Shown piece by piece: positions 1-11,171 of a stretch of DNA of 64,000 nt (position 1 is the stretch's first letter; every line of letters begins with the position of its first letter). Under the pieces are notes generated by a model that did no database searches, was not told the origin of the DNA, and worked only from the letters and a program-made list of their open reading frames with translations. The DNA is from a virus. A program made the translations under genes and the position numbers. Location: positions 64,001 through 128,000 of the IMG/VR virus record IMGVR_UViG_3300021375_000007; one strand, written 5' to 3'.

Positions 1-1084
1 CTTTGATACTCGATTCAATAGAATCTTCGGCACCTAAGAAATTTAAAAATTTATATCCTACTTGCTGAGCTACATTATTAATATATGATTTCCATTTATT
101 ATATGCAGGCTTACCTTTTAATTCTTTGAAATAATTTGTTCCTGAATCTACTGCACCGTCAATACCTACCGGAAAGAATGATACCGCCGGTACAGGTCCG
201 CCTGGAAATTTAGTATCATATTTTGGTAGTTCTTTGTTTCCGTTAAGATAATTTATAACGGTATATCCTAACCTTTTTGCAATTTTTGCTGTACTAGCTT
301 CATATGATTTATTATTACCATAAAAATATCTCGGACCATCATCCACATCTTGATCGGCTGGTGCTGTAGATGATGCTTCGTTTAATATTGATTTGATATC
401 ATATGACTCTATAAAACGTTCTATTTGCTCGGCTTGGGATGCATCTGATGCAAGTACCTTCTGGACCATCCCGTAGACCTTAGGATCACTTATACCGGTT
501 ATATCCTTGAAGCTTTTTTCATCTGCTGTCGCAAGCACTTGTCGCAATGCAGTACCACTCATCTCTCCATCATATCCAGGAATATCAATTTCAACATGAG
601 GAGCTACGATTACATATCCATGCGTCGCCAATCCTTTCATTTCTTCGCCTTTCTTGTAAGGTTGGAAATATCCAGGGCTACCATCTTTTTTGGTATATGA
701 TAATCTACCAGCATCCTTTTTACCATACATGATAAGTAATGCTGTAGTATCAGGATCAAATTGGTCCGTGATTTCAACTGGTCTATATGGATTAGTTTTT
801 ACTACTTGCCCTGCAGGTACTCCCATGGCTGATATAATTGATTTTTTTTGATCAAATGTAAATGGTGATTTATCTTTTAGCTTACCTTTACTATCCATGT
901 TATCAGCTGTTGCAATAAAAGTATTTTCTTTGCCAAATTGCTTTGCTAACCAATCATATGCTTCTTTATGATGCTTACCGAAAGGTTGGAACCTTCCGGG
1001 GTAGATTGCAATTACTTTATCAATACCATTATCTTCAGTGATAATGCGTTCTGCTAACCAAGTACCTAAATCCATCTTATCCAT
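1..1084 (-). CDS. Cytidylyltransferase/nucleotidyltransferase (HIGH superfamily) domain protein, truncated by the left edge of the window
   Basis: Not in track. Manual translation from ATG at 1084: MDKMDLGTWLAERIITEDNGIDKVIAIYPGRFQPFGKHH...SPFTFDQK...MSGTALR. GRFQP-x-H and SGT-x-R motifs; frame open to position 2. Confidence 0.7.
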   Translation of the reverse strand, partial: MDKMDLGTWLAERIITEDNGIDKVIAIYPGRFQPFGKHHKEAYDWLAKQFGKENTFIATADNMDSKGKLKDKSPFTFDQKKSIISAMGVPAGQVVKTNPYRPVEITDQFDPDTTALLIMYGKKDAGRLSYTKKDGSPGYFQPYKKGEEMKGLATHGYVIVAPHVEIDIPGYDGEMSGTALRQVLATADEKSFKDITGISDPKVYGMVQKVLASDASQAEQIERFIESYDIKSILNEASSTAPADQDVDDGPRYFYGNNKSYEASTAKIAKRLGYTVINYLNGNKELPKYDTKFPGGPVPAVSFFPVGIDGAVDSGTNYFKELKGKPAYNKWKSYINNVAQQVGYKFLNFLGAEDSIESSIK

Positions 1085-1096
1085 TTATTATATATA

Positions 1097-1639
1097 TTAT
1101 GAGAATCCGCTATTAGATAATATTACATATCCCGGATCATTCACATTACTATTAATTACCGAGAGGAATGCATATTGAGCAGTTGCTGACTTAGATATAG
1201 CACCGTCAATTTTACGTACCGAATTTGCACCTTCTACGGTAACTGTGCCAGTCGACGTTATCTTTTTTATATAATAAATACGTCCATAATTACTAGCGAC
1301 GGCATTAGGTGGTAACTTAATTGTAACCGTACCACTAGTGGCATCTATTAATAGTAACGTAGAAACATCAAAATCACTATCCGACAATGTACTAGTACCA
1401 CCGCTATAGGTATATACATTTGGTATATGTACGTTTCCAGACATTACGGTATCACTAGCTATTGTAACCGCACCGTCTAGAATAATATTACCATCTTGTC
1501 TTATTGAACCTGTAATTTCAACATCATTTCTAAAATGATTAGTATCTTCAGCTCCATCGGTTGATTCTATAATAATCGGAACTCCATTTACCTTTGCAAA
1601 TGTATATCGTTCGTTTTCACTTAAGCTTATATTACTCAT
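1097..1639 (-). CDS. Putative virion/fibre-associated protein
   Basis: DATSGTVTIKLP...GRIYYIKKI...IDG motif typical of phage fibre C-terminal domains; Ser/Thr/Gly rich. Confidence 0.45.
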   Translation of the reverse strand: MSNISLSENERYTFAKVNGVPIIIESTDGAEDTNHFRNDVEITGSIRQDGNIILDGAVTIASDTVMSGNVHIPNVYTYSGGTSTLSDSDFDVSTLLLIDATSGTVTIKLPPNAVASNYGRIYYIKKITSTGTVTVEGANSVRKIDGAISKSATAQYAFLSVINSNVNDPGYVILSNSGFS

Positions 1640-1647
1640 ATATACCC

Positions 1648-4005
1648 CTAAATTGGTGAATCATTATTATATGCAGCTGCGATGCTACCAAATACACTAT
1701 CATTATCAAATGTAACATTTGTTATGCTGGAACTTATAAATACATTGACTTCACAAGATCTTCCTACATTACTATTTGGTATTAATACATTTGTAATAGG
1801 TCCTACGGCGGCTGAACTATTATTGTATGGAGCTGTCTTAAGTTCCATATTTAATGTTACTGAACCTGTATATCCTGGTTTCTGCCCACCGGTACCATCA
1901 AACACCAACATAACACCACCCGCTTCATCGGGATCATCTCTAAAATATGATGCACTATTCGACTGCCCTACTTTAATAAGTGTTTCTGCAAAATTTGTCG
2001 CGGTTACTAATCCCTGATTACTTAGATGAAAATTAGAAGATGATATTTCCAATTTACCGCCTGATCCTGATATAAACTGATTATTGGCATTTCCTAAAAA
2101 GAATTTATCGGTAACTACTTCCAATCCTGCATTAGGACCGGCCGTACGGAATCGGAAATAACTTCCGGAATCTTGTACTAGCTCTAATCCTACTCCACCA
2201 TCTACGTAATCATTTGTTTCATTTGGTATTACCGATCCAGAGAACATCATCCATCCAGATCCTGATCCTGCAGATGCAGATGTAAATCCATTATATCCAA
2301 TTGATCGTATAAATCCCGAGTTCTGTCCTGACTGCTGAATACCTTCACCAACTCCCGAACCTATATATTGGGATCCCGTAATTAAATTACTATTTCCTTG
2401 TATATAAAGATTTTCTCCGGAGAATACTGCTCCATATATAAATGAAGTTAATGCGGCTGGCGTGCCTTGATAATCTAAATATTCAAATCTAAACGTTAGC
2501 GGTGTATTTAAATGCTGAGATGGTATTCGAATATCCATTCTTGCAAAATTAGGACTAAACCCAGTTTCAACGTTAGTTCTTAACGATATATCTGCAATTG
2601 TCCAACTTCCGCCACGCACTATAAAATATATAGTAGCTCTTTTAGTTTCATTCGATTCGAATTCAAATGTAGTATCTTGATATGCCTGGGCAGGTGTCAC
2701 TGTTAATGGTGCATTTGGACTAGTTGATATTGACCCTATTAACGTACCATATATTCCGCCAGACTGGTAATCCGTACTTTCAATTGAAGTAGGTACATAA
2801 TCCATATCAGGTATTACCTGTGAGCCGCTTATATATACATCTAATCGCATTGAATCGGTATTACCAAATGAATCAGTAATATTAGCTGGGCCAGGAAATA
2901 CCGCGGTACTATAATGGCCAAATTCTAAAATATATTTAGTTCGCTTTTTTAATTCTGGCATATGGCCCGCGTCTGATAGCAGATTGAATGCAATAGCCTC
3001 TCCATTTGAATATGCCCCGGCCGGGGTTAATTCAGCACCACCCATTATATTGCTAGGTTCATATGCTACTGATGGACTGGCCATTCCACCAACACCACTT
3101 GCAGACCAATTATCAGTTATGTCTGGCAAATTAACAAATAATCCTGTTGATGGATCTGATGCACCAAATATTGGATTAACTGAGCTAGGTAATGAACCTG
3201 TAGTTAATTGTTCTTGCTGCTCTAATACCGTTAATCCTAAATCTATAAAGTTACCATATGAACCACCTGGCTTATAAGATGTTCTAATTGCATATACATC
3301 ACCTGTCGCAGGATCTAAATCCGATATTACAATTTGCGCAAAGCTCTGCGATTGTTGCGTATATACTGTTGCTTGAGGTAATATAAAACTTGATGTGAAA
3401 TTTGTCGTAGGTACAGGCGATTGGCCGGTCGGTCCGAAAGATGTAAATGAGTATGGAGCAAATTGCGCGGTAGGATCTACTGGCGTCAAATCAATTCCAT
3501 AAAATACAAATCCAGCGCTGGTATTAGTTAGTATGGCATTGCAAGTAGTACTATTAGTAATGCTTGTTATTTGAAACTGAAACGAACCGCTTAATTGAGT
3601 TTGGCCGGTTGTAGCTAATTCACCAGTGGCCACTGTCATTGGAATAGTTAGCTCAGCTATATTAAAAATTTTGTTAGTACCGTCATCATGTACTACCATG
3701 CCAGCTGGGGCTTCTACATAAGGATCTACAACGGTAACGGTACCTCCGACCATTGATGCTGATAATGCAAATCCTGTAAATGTTAATATACTACTATATG
3801 GCGCACTAATATTGCCTTCTTCGCCACTTGCATTTAACTGAACATTATTAGGATTATTTTGTGAATTATTTGAATTACCACCGCCGCTATTTCCAGGAGA
3901 ATTATTTCGCTCGCCAATAAATACAGTTCCACCGCCACCGCCGCCTTCTTCTATCGGACCTTGTGGTGGCAGGAGATTACGAAATAACAGAGGATCATTT
4001 GGCAT
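1648..4005 (-). CDS. Large putative virion structural protein
   Basis: 785 aa, repeated TGS/SGS motifs shared with neighbouring baseplate proteins; AAAGGA just upstream of ATG. Confidence 0.5.
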   Translation of the reverse strand: MPNDPLLFRNLLPPQGPIEEGGGGGGTVFIGERNNSPGNSGGGNSNNSQNNPNNVQLNASGEEGNISAPYSSILTFTGFALSASMVGGTVTVVDPYVEAPAGMVVHDDGTNKIFNIAELTIPMTVATGELATTGQTQLSGSFQFQITSITNSTTCNAILTNTSAGFVFYGIDLTPVDPTAQFAPYSFTSFGPTGQSPVPTTNFTSSFILPQATVYTQQSQSFAQIVISDLDPATGDVYAIRTSYKPGGSYGNFIDLGLTVLEQQEQLTTGSLPSSVNPIFGASDPSTGLFVNLPDITDNWSASGVGGMASPSVAYEPSNIMGGAELTPAGAYSNGEAIAFNLLSDAGHMPELKKRTKYILEFGHYSTAVFPGPANITDSFGNTDSMRLDVYISGSQVIPDMDYVPTSIESTDYQSGGIYGTLIGSISTSPNAPLTVTPAQAYQDTTFEFESNETKRATIYFIVRGGSWTIADISLRTNVETGFSPNFARMDIRIPSQHLNTPLTFRFEYLDYQGTPAALTSFIYGAVFSGENLYIQGNSNLITGSQYIGSGVGEGIQQSGQNSGFIRSIGYNGFTSASAGSGSGWMMFSGSVIPNETNDYVDGGVGLELVQDSGSYFRFRTAGPNAGLEVVTDKFFLGNANNQFISGSGGKLEISSSNFHLSNQGLVTATNFAETLIKVGQSNSASYFRDDPDEAGGVMLVFDGTGGQKPGYTGSVTLNMELKTAPYNNSSAAVGPITNVLIPNSNVGRSCEVNVFISSSITNVTFDNDSVFGSIAAAYNNDSPI

Positions 4006-4093
4006 TACAGTTCCTTTGAGGTTGTATCACATATTTCGAAAACTTCTGAAGTGATTGTGTATTAAATATATTAGGGATATATAGCATTGTTAA

Positions 4094-4753
4094 TCATCTC
4101 TCTTCTATCAAGCCCGTGAATAGTTCAAACCCTGGCATTGATATCGGTGGTGCTGTTGTCACTGGTGTACATGTAACAGATGCGCCGCCCGATCCGGTTA
4201 CTGTTGTTTGCACATTAAATACATCTACCGGCTGCAAGTATGGCTGGACTACTTCTTGTATTGCTATAGTAGGTTGGCGCGTATATATAATTTCATTATT
4301 ATTACGTGCTAGCGGTTGTACTGTAATTGGTCTCTGCCATAATAAATTTGGAATCTGTTTGAAATTAGGACTCTCACCATCCGATGAAAATGGATATTGT
4401 TCTCCTGTTTCTGGATTAACTCGTGCACGGCTAGCTAAATATACTATAGCAGGGCCTGGCGAGGTATTAGGATAAATATATACTGATACTACACGAGTAC
4501 CATCAGCCTCACGATATTTTAATGGCTCATAATATATAGGAGTTCCATTATAATCTAATATTTCTATGTATATTTCAGCTCCATCAGCAAAATTTCTAGG
4601 ATGTGCTCGTAATTTAAATAAATTTTTACCAGCTTGAAAATTATCTGGAAAATCTACTATTCTAAAAAAGTCTAAAGATAATGGATCTGTATCCACTAAA
4701 TCGTAAGGTAAATCTTTTAATCCAACATATGAAACTTTTTTACGTAATGACAT
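4094..4753 (-). CDS. Putative structural protein (start reassigned to MSLRKK)
   Basis: ATG at 4753 follows late motif ATATTTAT (4767-4774); the track start overlaps the upstream gene. Confidence 0.45.
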   Translation of the reverse strand: MSLRKKVSYVGLKDLPYDLVDTDPLSLDFFRIVDFPDNFQAGKNLFKLRAHPRNFADGAEIYIEILDYNGTPIYYEPLKYREADGTRVVSVYIYPNTSPGPAIVYLASRARVNPETGEQYPFSSDGESPNFKQIPNLLWQRPITVQPLARNNNEIIYTRQPTIAIQEVVQPYLQPVDVFNVQTTVTGSGGASVTCTPVTTAPPISMPGFELFTGLIEER

Positions 4754-4773
4754 GGCTACCTTTAAAATAAATA

Positions 4774-7700
4774 TCAATCATATGATATTTTCGAGTATCC
4801 AGACTCCTTCTTGATTTCTATTAAACTATCAACGATATCTCTCATTGCATCAATATGGGATATACTTAAAATAAATCCAAATTGTGATTTTAAGTAATCA
4901 AATAGCATATACATTGAATTGAGATTATCTGAATCTAAATTACCAAATCCTTCATCTATTGCTATAAAGTTGGGACGAGGTAAACTAGATATATGAATTA
5001 ATGATGCTCGTATCGCAAGACTTGATATAAATTTTTCCATGCCAGATGTCAATTCCAATGGCCAATAATTATCAGTATCATATACAATATAAGCATTTAT
5101 ATTTTTGCCATCTGTATTAAGTAGGATCGTAAATTCAACTATTTGAGTTAATATATTATTTACCTCAGCTTCAATTTGTGGCAATGCCTTAGTAATTAAA
5201 TCATATGGTACTCCATCACGCTTAACAGCTTTAAGATAATATTCATATCCAGTATATGATTGCTCTAACTCAATTAATCGGTCAATTGATTTTTCAACGT
5301 CTGTTTTAGTTTTTTGGGCTATAATTAATCTAGGTCGTAATTTTGATAGTGTACTTTCAATTTCATTAATCTCGGATTCAGTATCACTTAATTCAGATTC
5401 AATTATTACTATTTGCTCATTTAACTCTTTATTAGCTTTAACTATTTCTTTTTGCTCTTCAGCCTTAGCGAGAAGATCTATATATTTATCTAAATTCCAT
5501 TTAACTGCTTGGTATTCAGAATTAATCTTACTTAATTCATATTTAATTGATGATTCTTTTTTAATTGCATCACCTAAATCAGATTCAGCCGTACCTAATT
5601 CAGATACCAATGTATTATATGAATTCTTATTATATATACTACTTGAATATGTAATTTTATTAGTTAAATCATCAATCTTACTAGTAATATCCGGAATTGA
5701 TTCTGATTCTATAATTGCCGTTTGCACTATTGGATTTGAAGTGCAATATGTACAATTTGGATCATATTCATGTGATTCCAATTGAGATGCCAGTGACTCT
5801 TTATGTGATAATATATCTTGCTGTACCTTAAGATTACCATGCAGTGATTTGATATAATATATTGCAGTTTCACATTCTTCTATTTTCTCAGGTAACCTAT
5901 CTGCAATTAAAATATCATATGCAGCACGTGTAGTCTTTATTAACTCTTCTGTTTCCTTTAAATTTATATCCCAGTCATGAATCGTACCTTCAAGAATAAC
6001 AGCAGATTGAGTGAAATGTGAATATTGCCCCTGCAGGTATTTTATATCCGTCAGCTCAGAATCTACCGGCTTTAAATCTTTAGTAGTATTTAATAACTCG
6101 GTTGATAATGCAGTACGTATTTCAATTAGGCTATTCCGCTCTTTATCATATTCTTGTAATGAGGCTGAAACTGAATTTATGGTTGTAATTGCATCGGATA
6201 GTTCCGTAGAATAATCCGTACGCTTATGTTCCTTTATAGCTGCAGCTGTTTCTTTTATTTCTTCATTTGCAATTTGGTATTGCTGATCAAATATATCAAT
6301 ATCTAAAAACTGAGATAATAAATCTTTTCGCTCTCGCTGAGATTTATCAATAAATCCAGTATTGTTATTTTGCAATGATAATGCCGTTAAAATAAAGTCA
6401 TCATATGTACCTAAATACGTACGTATAATTTTATTAGTAGAATCACGTTGGTCTCCGTTAAGTAGAACTTTATTGCCTTCCTCATCTATAGACCAAAAAT
6501 TAACTAATACTCTCACATGGCCATGATTATTTTTAACGCCACTTCGTTCTATATAATATGGCCGGCCTTCTAATTCAAATTCAAACTTTGATTGAAAGGA
6601 TGATTTTTTATTATTTAATACATGGCGAGCCTTTGATGTCCTAGAACATTTATCAAAGCAACAAAATGATAATGCATCCAACAATGTCGATTTGCCACTG
6701 GCGTTTGGTGCGAATAATCCATATGTACCAGTCATATTAGTAAAATCAATTTTATTGGAATCTCCATAACTAAACATATTAGAAAACTCAAACACTTTAG
6801 GGATCCATGTTACATTCCGGTTTGCAACTAGTTCTGGTATCTTACTATGGACTTTTCGATTAATGTGTCTAATAGCATCTAGAACCGGCTCTGATATAAC
6901 ATAATTATCAGTTAAATATTCGCTTATAATTTTATTCTGAGATTCAACTTCTCTATAATCAGCAAAATTAATTTTTCGTGTTACCGCGCTTTGATTAAGA
7001 TTATTAATCCGTTGAATGCTTAATTCCTTAACCTTATATTTTTGTTTAAGCTCAGTTACAATTAATTTCAAGGCACTAGTATCCGTATCCGTTACTTTAA
7101 GGCGCAGTCTTGGCTTGGGTGGTACATTATTAGATGCATTAACGATCTTGCCATTTTTAACCTCAAACGTATAATAACCATAATCATTTTTAATTGGTAC
7201 GAATTCAGATTCTCTTTGAGCTACATCCCATACCATAATACCATGTACTAAAGCCTCCCCATGCGATTGCTGTATTAATGAACCTGGATATGCTATAGTT
7301 TTTTCATTGTTAAGATATTGTGTTTTATGAATATCACCTAACAAGACTAAATCATGGCCAGCAAATAAATCATTAGTAACATGAGTATTTGATAACGATA
7401 TACCTAAATCAGTCGTGGCATTATGTACTGCGCCGTGGTGTAATGCAATCTTGTTTGTGCCTTCGAACTCAGCACCACGAATAAAATCAGCCGGCTTATC
7501 AAATACCGACATTACATTGAATTGGCAATCGCCTAACTCATATATATCAGTATCCTTAAGATAATATACCGATGGATGATTAATAGCATTAACAATTGGA
7601 GTAATGGCATCTAACCGATAACTATTATTTAAATTGCAATCATGATTACCAGCAATTATAATGGTAGGAGCGATTTCAGCACATTTGGTAAAGAATTCAC

Positions 7701-7929
7701 TTACAAGATCAACCGATTCCGGTGATAAGTCTGTTTTAGAATGTACAATATCACCTGCAATATAAATTACACTATTAGGTGTTTTTGTACTTTTAATATA
7801 AGTATATAATCTATTAAATACAATTCGGTATTCTTTATGACGTTTTAAATTACGTACATGCACATCTGCAATGTGGTATATTCGGTCTATTTTAGATATT
7901 CCTATATCTATTTTCTTTATAGCATGCAT
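4774..7929 (-). CDS. Fused Mre11/SbcD nuclease plus Rad50/SbcC ATPase (gp47-gp46-like)
   Basis: N-terminal ADVH, AGD, GNHD, GDIH phosphoesterase motifs; Walker A APNASGKS, coiled coil with CTYC zinc hook, signature TSGME, Walker B IAIDEGFGNLD, ISH. Confidence 0.9.
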   Translation of the reverse strand: MHAIKKIDIGISKIDRIYHIADVHVRNLKRHKEYRIVFNRLYTYIKSTKTPNSVIYIAGDIVHSKTDLSPESVDLVSEFFTKCAEIAPTIIIAGNHDCNLNNSYRLDAITPIVNAINHPSVYYLKDTDIYELGDCQFNVMSVFDKPADFIRGAEFEGTNKIALHHGAVHNATTDLGISLSNTHVTNDLFAGHDLVLLGDIHKTQYLNNEKTIAYPGSLIQQSHGEALVHGIMVWDVAQRESEFVPIKNDYGYYTFEVKNGKIVNASNNVPPKPRLRLKVTDTDTSALKLIVTELKQKYKVKELSIQRINNLNQSAVTRKINFADYREVESQNKIISEYLTDNYVISEPVLDAIRHINRKVHSKIPELVANRNVTWIPKVFEFSNMFSYGDSNKIDFTNMTGTYGLFAPNASGKSTLLDALSFCCFDKCSRTSKARHVLNNKKSSFQSKFEFELEGRPYYIERSGVKNNHGHVRVLVNFWSIDEEGNKVLLNGDQRDSTNKIIRTYLGTYDDFILTALSLQNNNTGFIDKSQRERKDLLSQFLDIDIFDQQYQIANEEIKETAAAIKEHKRTDYSTELSDAITTINSVSASLQEYDKERNSLIEIRTALSTELLNTTKDLKPVDSELTDIKYLQGQYSHFTQSAVILEGTIHDWDINLKETEELIKTTRAAYDILIADRLPEKIEECETAIYYIKSLHGNLKVQQDILSHKESLASQLESHEYDPNCTYCTSNPIVQTAIIESESIPDITSKIDDLTNKITYSSSIYNKNSYNTLVSELGTAESDLGDAIKKESSIKYELSKINSEYQAVKWNLDKYIDLLAKAEEQKEIVKANKELNEQIVIIESELSDTESEINEIESTLSKLRPRLIIAQKTKTDVEKSIDRLIELEQSYTGYEYYLKAVKRDGVPYDLITKALPQIEAEVNNILTQIVEFTILLNTDGKNINAYIVYDTDNYWPLELTSGMEKFISSLAIRASLIHISSLPRPNFIAIDEGFGNLDSDNLNSMYMLFDYLKSQFGFILSISHIDAMRDIVDSLIEIKKESGYSKISYD

Positions 7930-8840
7930 AAAATCTTCTCTTCCATTAATCGTTCCTCAGTGAGCCTATGAGTATTATCAATATAAGAAATAATATTCTG
8001 AAATCCTATTTCCGACGGATCTTTATCCTGAATATCAACAAAGTAAACTTCAATACCATTGCCCATGAAATATTCAGCCGTTTCAAATGCTTGCTTCCGT
8101 GCATCTTTATCTAAACACACATATATTGATGTTACTTGTTTTTCTACAATCCTCATTTTAAGTGTATTGCTAATCGTTTTACCAAATAACGGTATCGCAT
8201 TACGCTTTACGGCTATAGCATCAAATGCACCTTCGACTAGTATAATTGGCAAGTCCCAATTGATAAATAATTCAAACCCTATAATATCTTTAGATACCGG
8301 TGGATTATTATATTTAAAATTATCTGACTCATAATATGCTCGGGATACAAAATAATTCAACGAACCATTCGCGTCATAGCTAGGTATAATAATTTTGCCA
8401 CCATACTTGCCAGACTCACAGTAACCAATTCTATATTTCAATATATCAGCAATGCCTATAGCACGCGTTCTTAAATATGCAACTGCATTTCTATATTCTG
8501 GGTTTTTAGCATCTAATTCCCATAATGGTTTGAATTCTGCAGGTAATTCGACAACCGGTGTTTCTGTAGTAGTAACTTTATGTTTATATTCAGTTTCATC
8601 TAGCAATGTAAATAGATTTGAAATGCGTATTCTATCTACCTTAAGCTTTTTAAATAGCGTTACTAATTTTCTACCAGCTGCGTTACACGTCCAACAATGC
8701 CATGACTGATTAACATGGCTTACTTCAAGTTTACGTTTATGATGATGACAGAAAGGACAGAAATATGCAACATTACCTTTGTTAGTTGCACGCCCTTTAC
8801 CTAATACCGATTCGATTAGTCCGTCTAGTTTATAACCCAT
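7917..8840 (-). CDS. DNA primase (Zn finger plus Toprim)
   Basis: CPFC...WHCWTC zinc-binding domain, VEGAFDA and CLDKDA Toprim motifs. Confidence 0.9.
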   Translation of the reverse strand: MGYKLDGLIESVLGKGRATNKGNVAYFCPFCHHHKRKLEVSHVNQSWHCWTCNAAGRKLVTLFKKLKVDRIRISNLFTLLDETEYKHKVTTTETPVVELPAEFKPLWELDAKNPEYRNAVAYLRTRAIGIADILKYRIGYCESGKYGGKIIIPSYDANGSLNYFVSRAYYESDNFKYNNPPVSKDIIGFELFINWDLPIILVEGAFDAIAVKRNAIPLFGKTISNTLKMRIVEKQVTSIYVCLDKDARKQAFETAEYFMGNGIEVYFVDIQDKDPSEIGFQNIISYIDNTHRLTEERLMEEKILCML

Positions 8841-8948
8841 ATATTATATATTAGCGAGATCATTGATAAACCAACAATCTCGTTTCGTCTTTGATTTTCA
8901 TTCATTGCATTCTGAAAACAAAAACAAAAAATTATTATTATTTTCTTT

Positions 8949-8976
8949 AATATAAGAAAAAAATCCAAAAGGTCAA
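8949..8976 (-). promoter_or_regulatory. Putative host-RNAP promoter upstream of primase
   Basis: TTG-N19-TATATT on the minus strand. Confidence 0.45.
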
Positions 8977-8980
8977 GAGC

Positions 8981-9400
8981 TCAAAAGAACTTTTTTTCAT
9001 TTATCCATGATTCTGGTATTTGTTTCTCAGCCCATTGGATACCATGTTTGTCACAATAATCAGCATAAGTTGTCTTGGACCCCTTACTTATTTTTGATTT
9101 AGCCGACTGGAATACTAACCTAATATCTAATTCAGGTTGCTGTTTTTTAATTAGTAAATGCTTCTTTCTATCAGCAGCTACCCATCTACCTTTAGTTTCT
9201 ACTAATATGCCATTTGGCAATGTAAAGTCAACAGTATACTTACTCTTTCTTTCCGGTATTGTATATTCTATTACAGTATCCTCATATCCAAACTCAATCT
9301 TTTGTTCAGTTAATTGCTCTGATACTTTATGTTCGAATCCCGATCGATAGCCATGCTTTAACGCGGCTCTCCGGGCACGTGAATTAGATCCCCATCCCAT
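8981..9400 (-). CDS. T7 endonuclease I-like Holliday junction resolvase
   Basis: YRSGFE...YTVDFTLPNGILVETKG...DRKKHLLIKKQQPELDIRLVF...TTYADYC, matching the T7 gp3 family pattern. Confidence 0.85.
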   Translation of the reverse strand: MGWGSNSRARRAALKHGYRSGFEHKVSEQLTEQKIEFGYEDTVIEYTIPERKSKYTVDFTLPNGILVETKGRWVAADRKKHLLIKKQQPELDIRLVFQSAKSKISKGSKTTYADYCDKHGIQWAEKQIPESWINEKKFF

Positions 9401-9415
9401 AACTTTTTCCTTAAA

Positions 9416-11155
9416 TTAATAATCCCATCTAACAATGAAATTTAAATCAACATCATTTCTTTTTTGTATCGCCTGAGCCAATTTACCAACCGCTAGCAAT
9501 TCGCAGTTATCATTATATAATCCAATCTCAGTTACATATGGTAATAGAGATCCGGTAGTCATTCCATCTATTCGCAATGAATCATATCCTTGCTTGACTG
9601 CTGATGGGTTAACTGATACATTCATCGTATCTTTAGGTATATTGCATAATACCGTATTTTCATATACTGTATGAGTGCCTTTATAATTAGCTGTAAATGC
9701 ACCTTGCAATGTATCGTGATATTTCGGCAATGGTGATGATACTACCATATGGCCGTTACGATAAAACACGTTTCCTGCGACATTTGTTTGATATAATGAA
9801 CCTGATATATAATGTGCGTTAGCTAAAGATTGTATCTCGGAATCCGTACAAGCATAATCATAAAATCTGATTTCTGCTAAACTACCGGAAAAATATCCAT
9901 ATGTTCTAGTAGTAGTATCTGCATTGCCAAATATCAATTGTGTATTAGTTTCAGTATAACCAATATTAGATGTATTAGCTGAAATAGTAAATGAACCAGT
10001 GGCACCATTGAAATATGGTTGTAATACATTATTTCGATGTACCAACGCTACATGATTCCAGGAACCAGTAACCGGATATGATAATTTACTAGCATCTATC
10101 ATAGCAGTTGCAACACCATTATCACCACCAATTGAAAATTGCATATCTCCTCGTCTCGTATCGCCAGTATTTCGAGTAGCTAATGATTCAATATGCATGG
10201 GAAATCTTTTAGATACCGTACGATCGGATTCTGATAATAGTAGCTCACTGTAATCATTAGCAATTGAACTTGTTACATATGATTCCAATAATCCTGTTAC
10301 CTGATTATATCGAGTTAATTCTTTTTCATACCTTTTAGATATAATAGGTCTCCATTGATCGGTAGGATATCCATTATGGTCAGATTTAATCCAAAATGAT
10401 ATTGACCAATCTTTTGTAGGATAGAAATTAAAATCTTTAATATGTTGTGTTGCAATATTATTATTGTTAACAAACTTTCCTGACAGGCCACTAGCACTAA
10501 TAGCACTAGTAGCAACGCCATTCTCTAAAACAACATTATTAATAGTAGACCCAAATTCTGGAGTAAAGGTTCGGCTATCAAACGGCATTGAACCATTTAA
10601 AGTTCCGGTTTGGTTTTGAAACTTACGGAACTCGTTATTGAAAGACCAATATGCAATTAATTTTTTACGGTTAGCAAACGAAGCAGAATTAATTAATGCA
10701 TCTCGTAAATTACCATTACCATCATCCTGTAAAGTGAAATTAGGAGTTTCAATTGAAACACTATTTGCCTTAATCCGCTCTCCCATTTCGAAATAAGGAA
10801 CGGATAATAATGATGCAGAATAAAACAAAAACTTATCTGTTTTTCGTCTATCAGTTAATTCTGCTGCCTTAGCAGGATCGTATGGATGGCGATAATATCG
10901 ATGGTCTATAGCATTCCAGGCTATATGCTGATTAATACCATTTGTATTGGTAGGATCATTCGCCGCAGAACTTGCACTAATGGATGGAGTTCTTTTTGCA
11001 TGAATTGCATGTAATAATTCATAACCAGCTGGTACGCCGGATGGCTCTCCACTATCATTGGTGGTTTGAGCGATGGCATAATTCTTGTAAGTCTGAAAAG
11101 GCGTAAACTGCTTATCGCTAGGTCGTAATGCTCGAAATACTGACGGTTGTGGCAT
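9416..11155 (-). CDS. Baseplate/tail protein with LamG domain and tail-collar-type C-terminus
   Basis: SISFWIK, WNHVALV, FSGSLAEIRFYD (LamG); C-terminal PYVTEIGLYND..ELLAVGKL. Confidence 0.65.
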   Translation of the reverse strand: MPQPSVFRALRPSDKQFTPFQTYKNYAIAQTTNDSGEPSGVPAGYELLHAIHAKRTPSISASSAANDPTNTNGINQHIAWNAIDHRYYRHPYDPAKAAELTDRRKTDKFLFYSASLLSVPYFEMGERIKANSVSIETPNFTLQDDGNGNLRDALINSASFANRKKLIAYWSFNNEFRKFQNQTGTLNGSMPFDSRTFTPEFGSTINNVVLENGVATSAISASGLSGKFVNNNNIATQHIKDFNFYPTKDWSISFWIKSDHNGYPTDQWRPIISKRYEKELTRYNQVTGLLESYVTSSIANDYSELLLSESDRTVSKRFPMHIESLATRNTGDTRRGDMQFSIGGDNGVATAMIDASKLSYPVTGSWNHVALVHRNNVLQPYFNGATGSFTISANTSNIGYTETNTQLIFGNADTTTRTYGYFSGSLAEIRFYDYACTDSEIQSLANAHYISGSLYQTNVAGNVFYRNGHMVVSSPLPKYHDTLQGAFTANYKGTHTVYENTVLCNIPKDTMNVSVNPSAVKQGYDSLRIDGMTTGSLLPYVTEIGLYNDNCELLAVGKLAQAIQKRNDVDLNFIVRWDY

Positions 11156-11171
11156 ATCGTGACATTATTTG

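Noticed and set aside
4006-4096. Possible readthrough or frameshift joining 4094-4753 to 1648-4005
   Set aside because: It needs both TGA readthrough and a frameshift, and the downstream ORF has its own AAAGGA and a late-like motif. A split gene or sequencing error cannot be excluded without homologue alignment.
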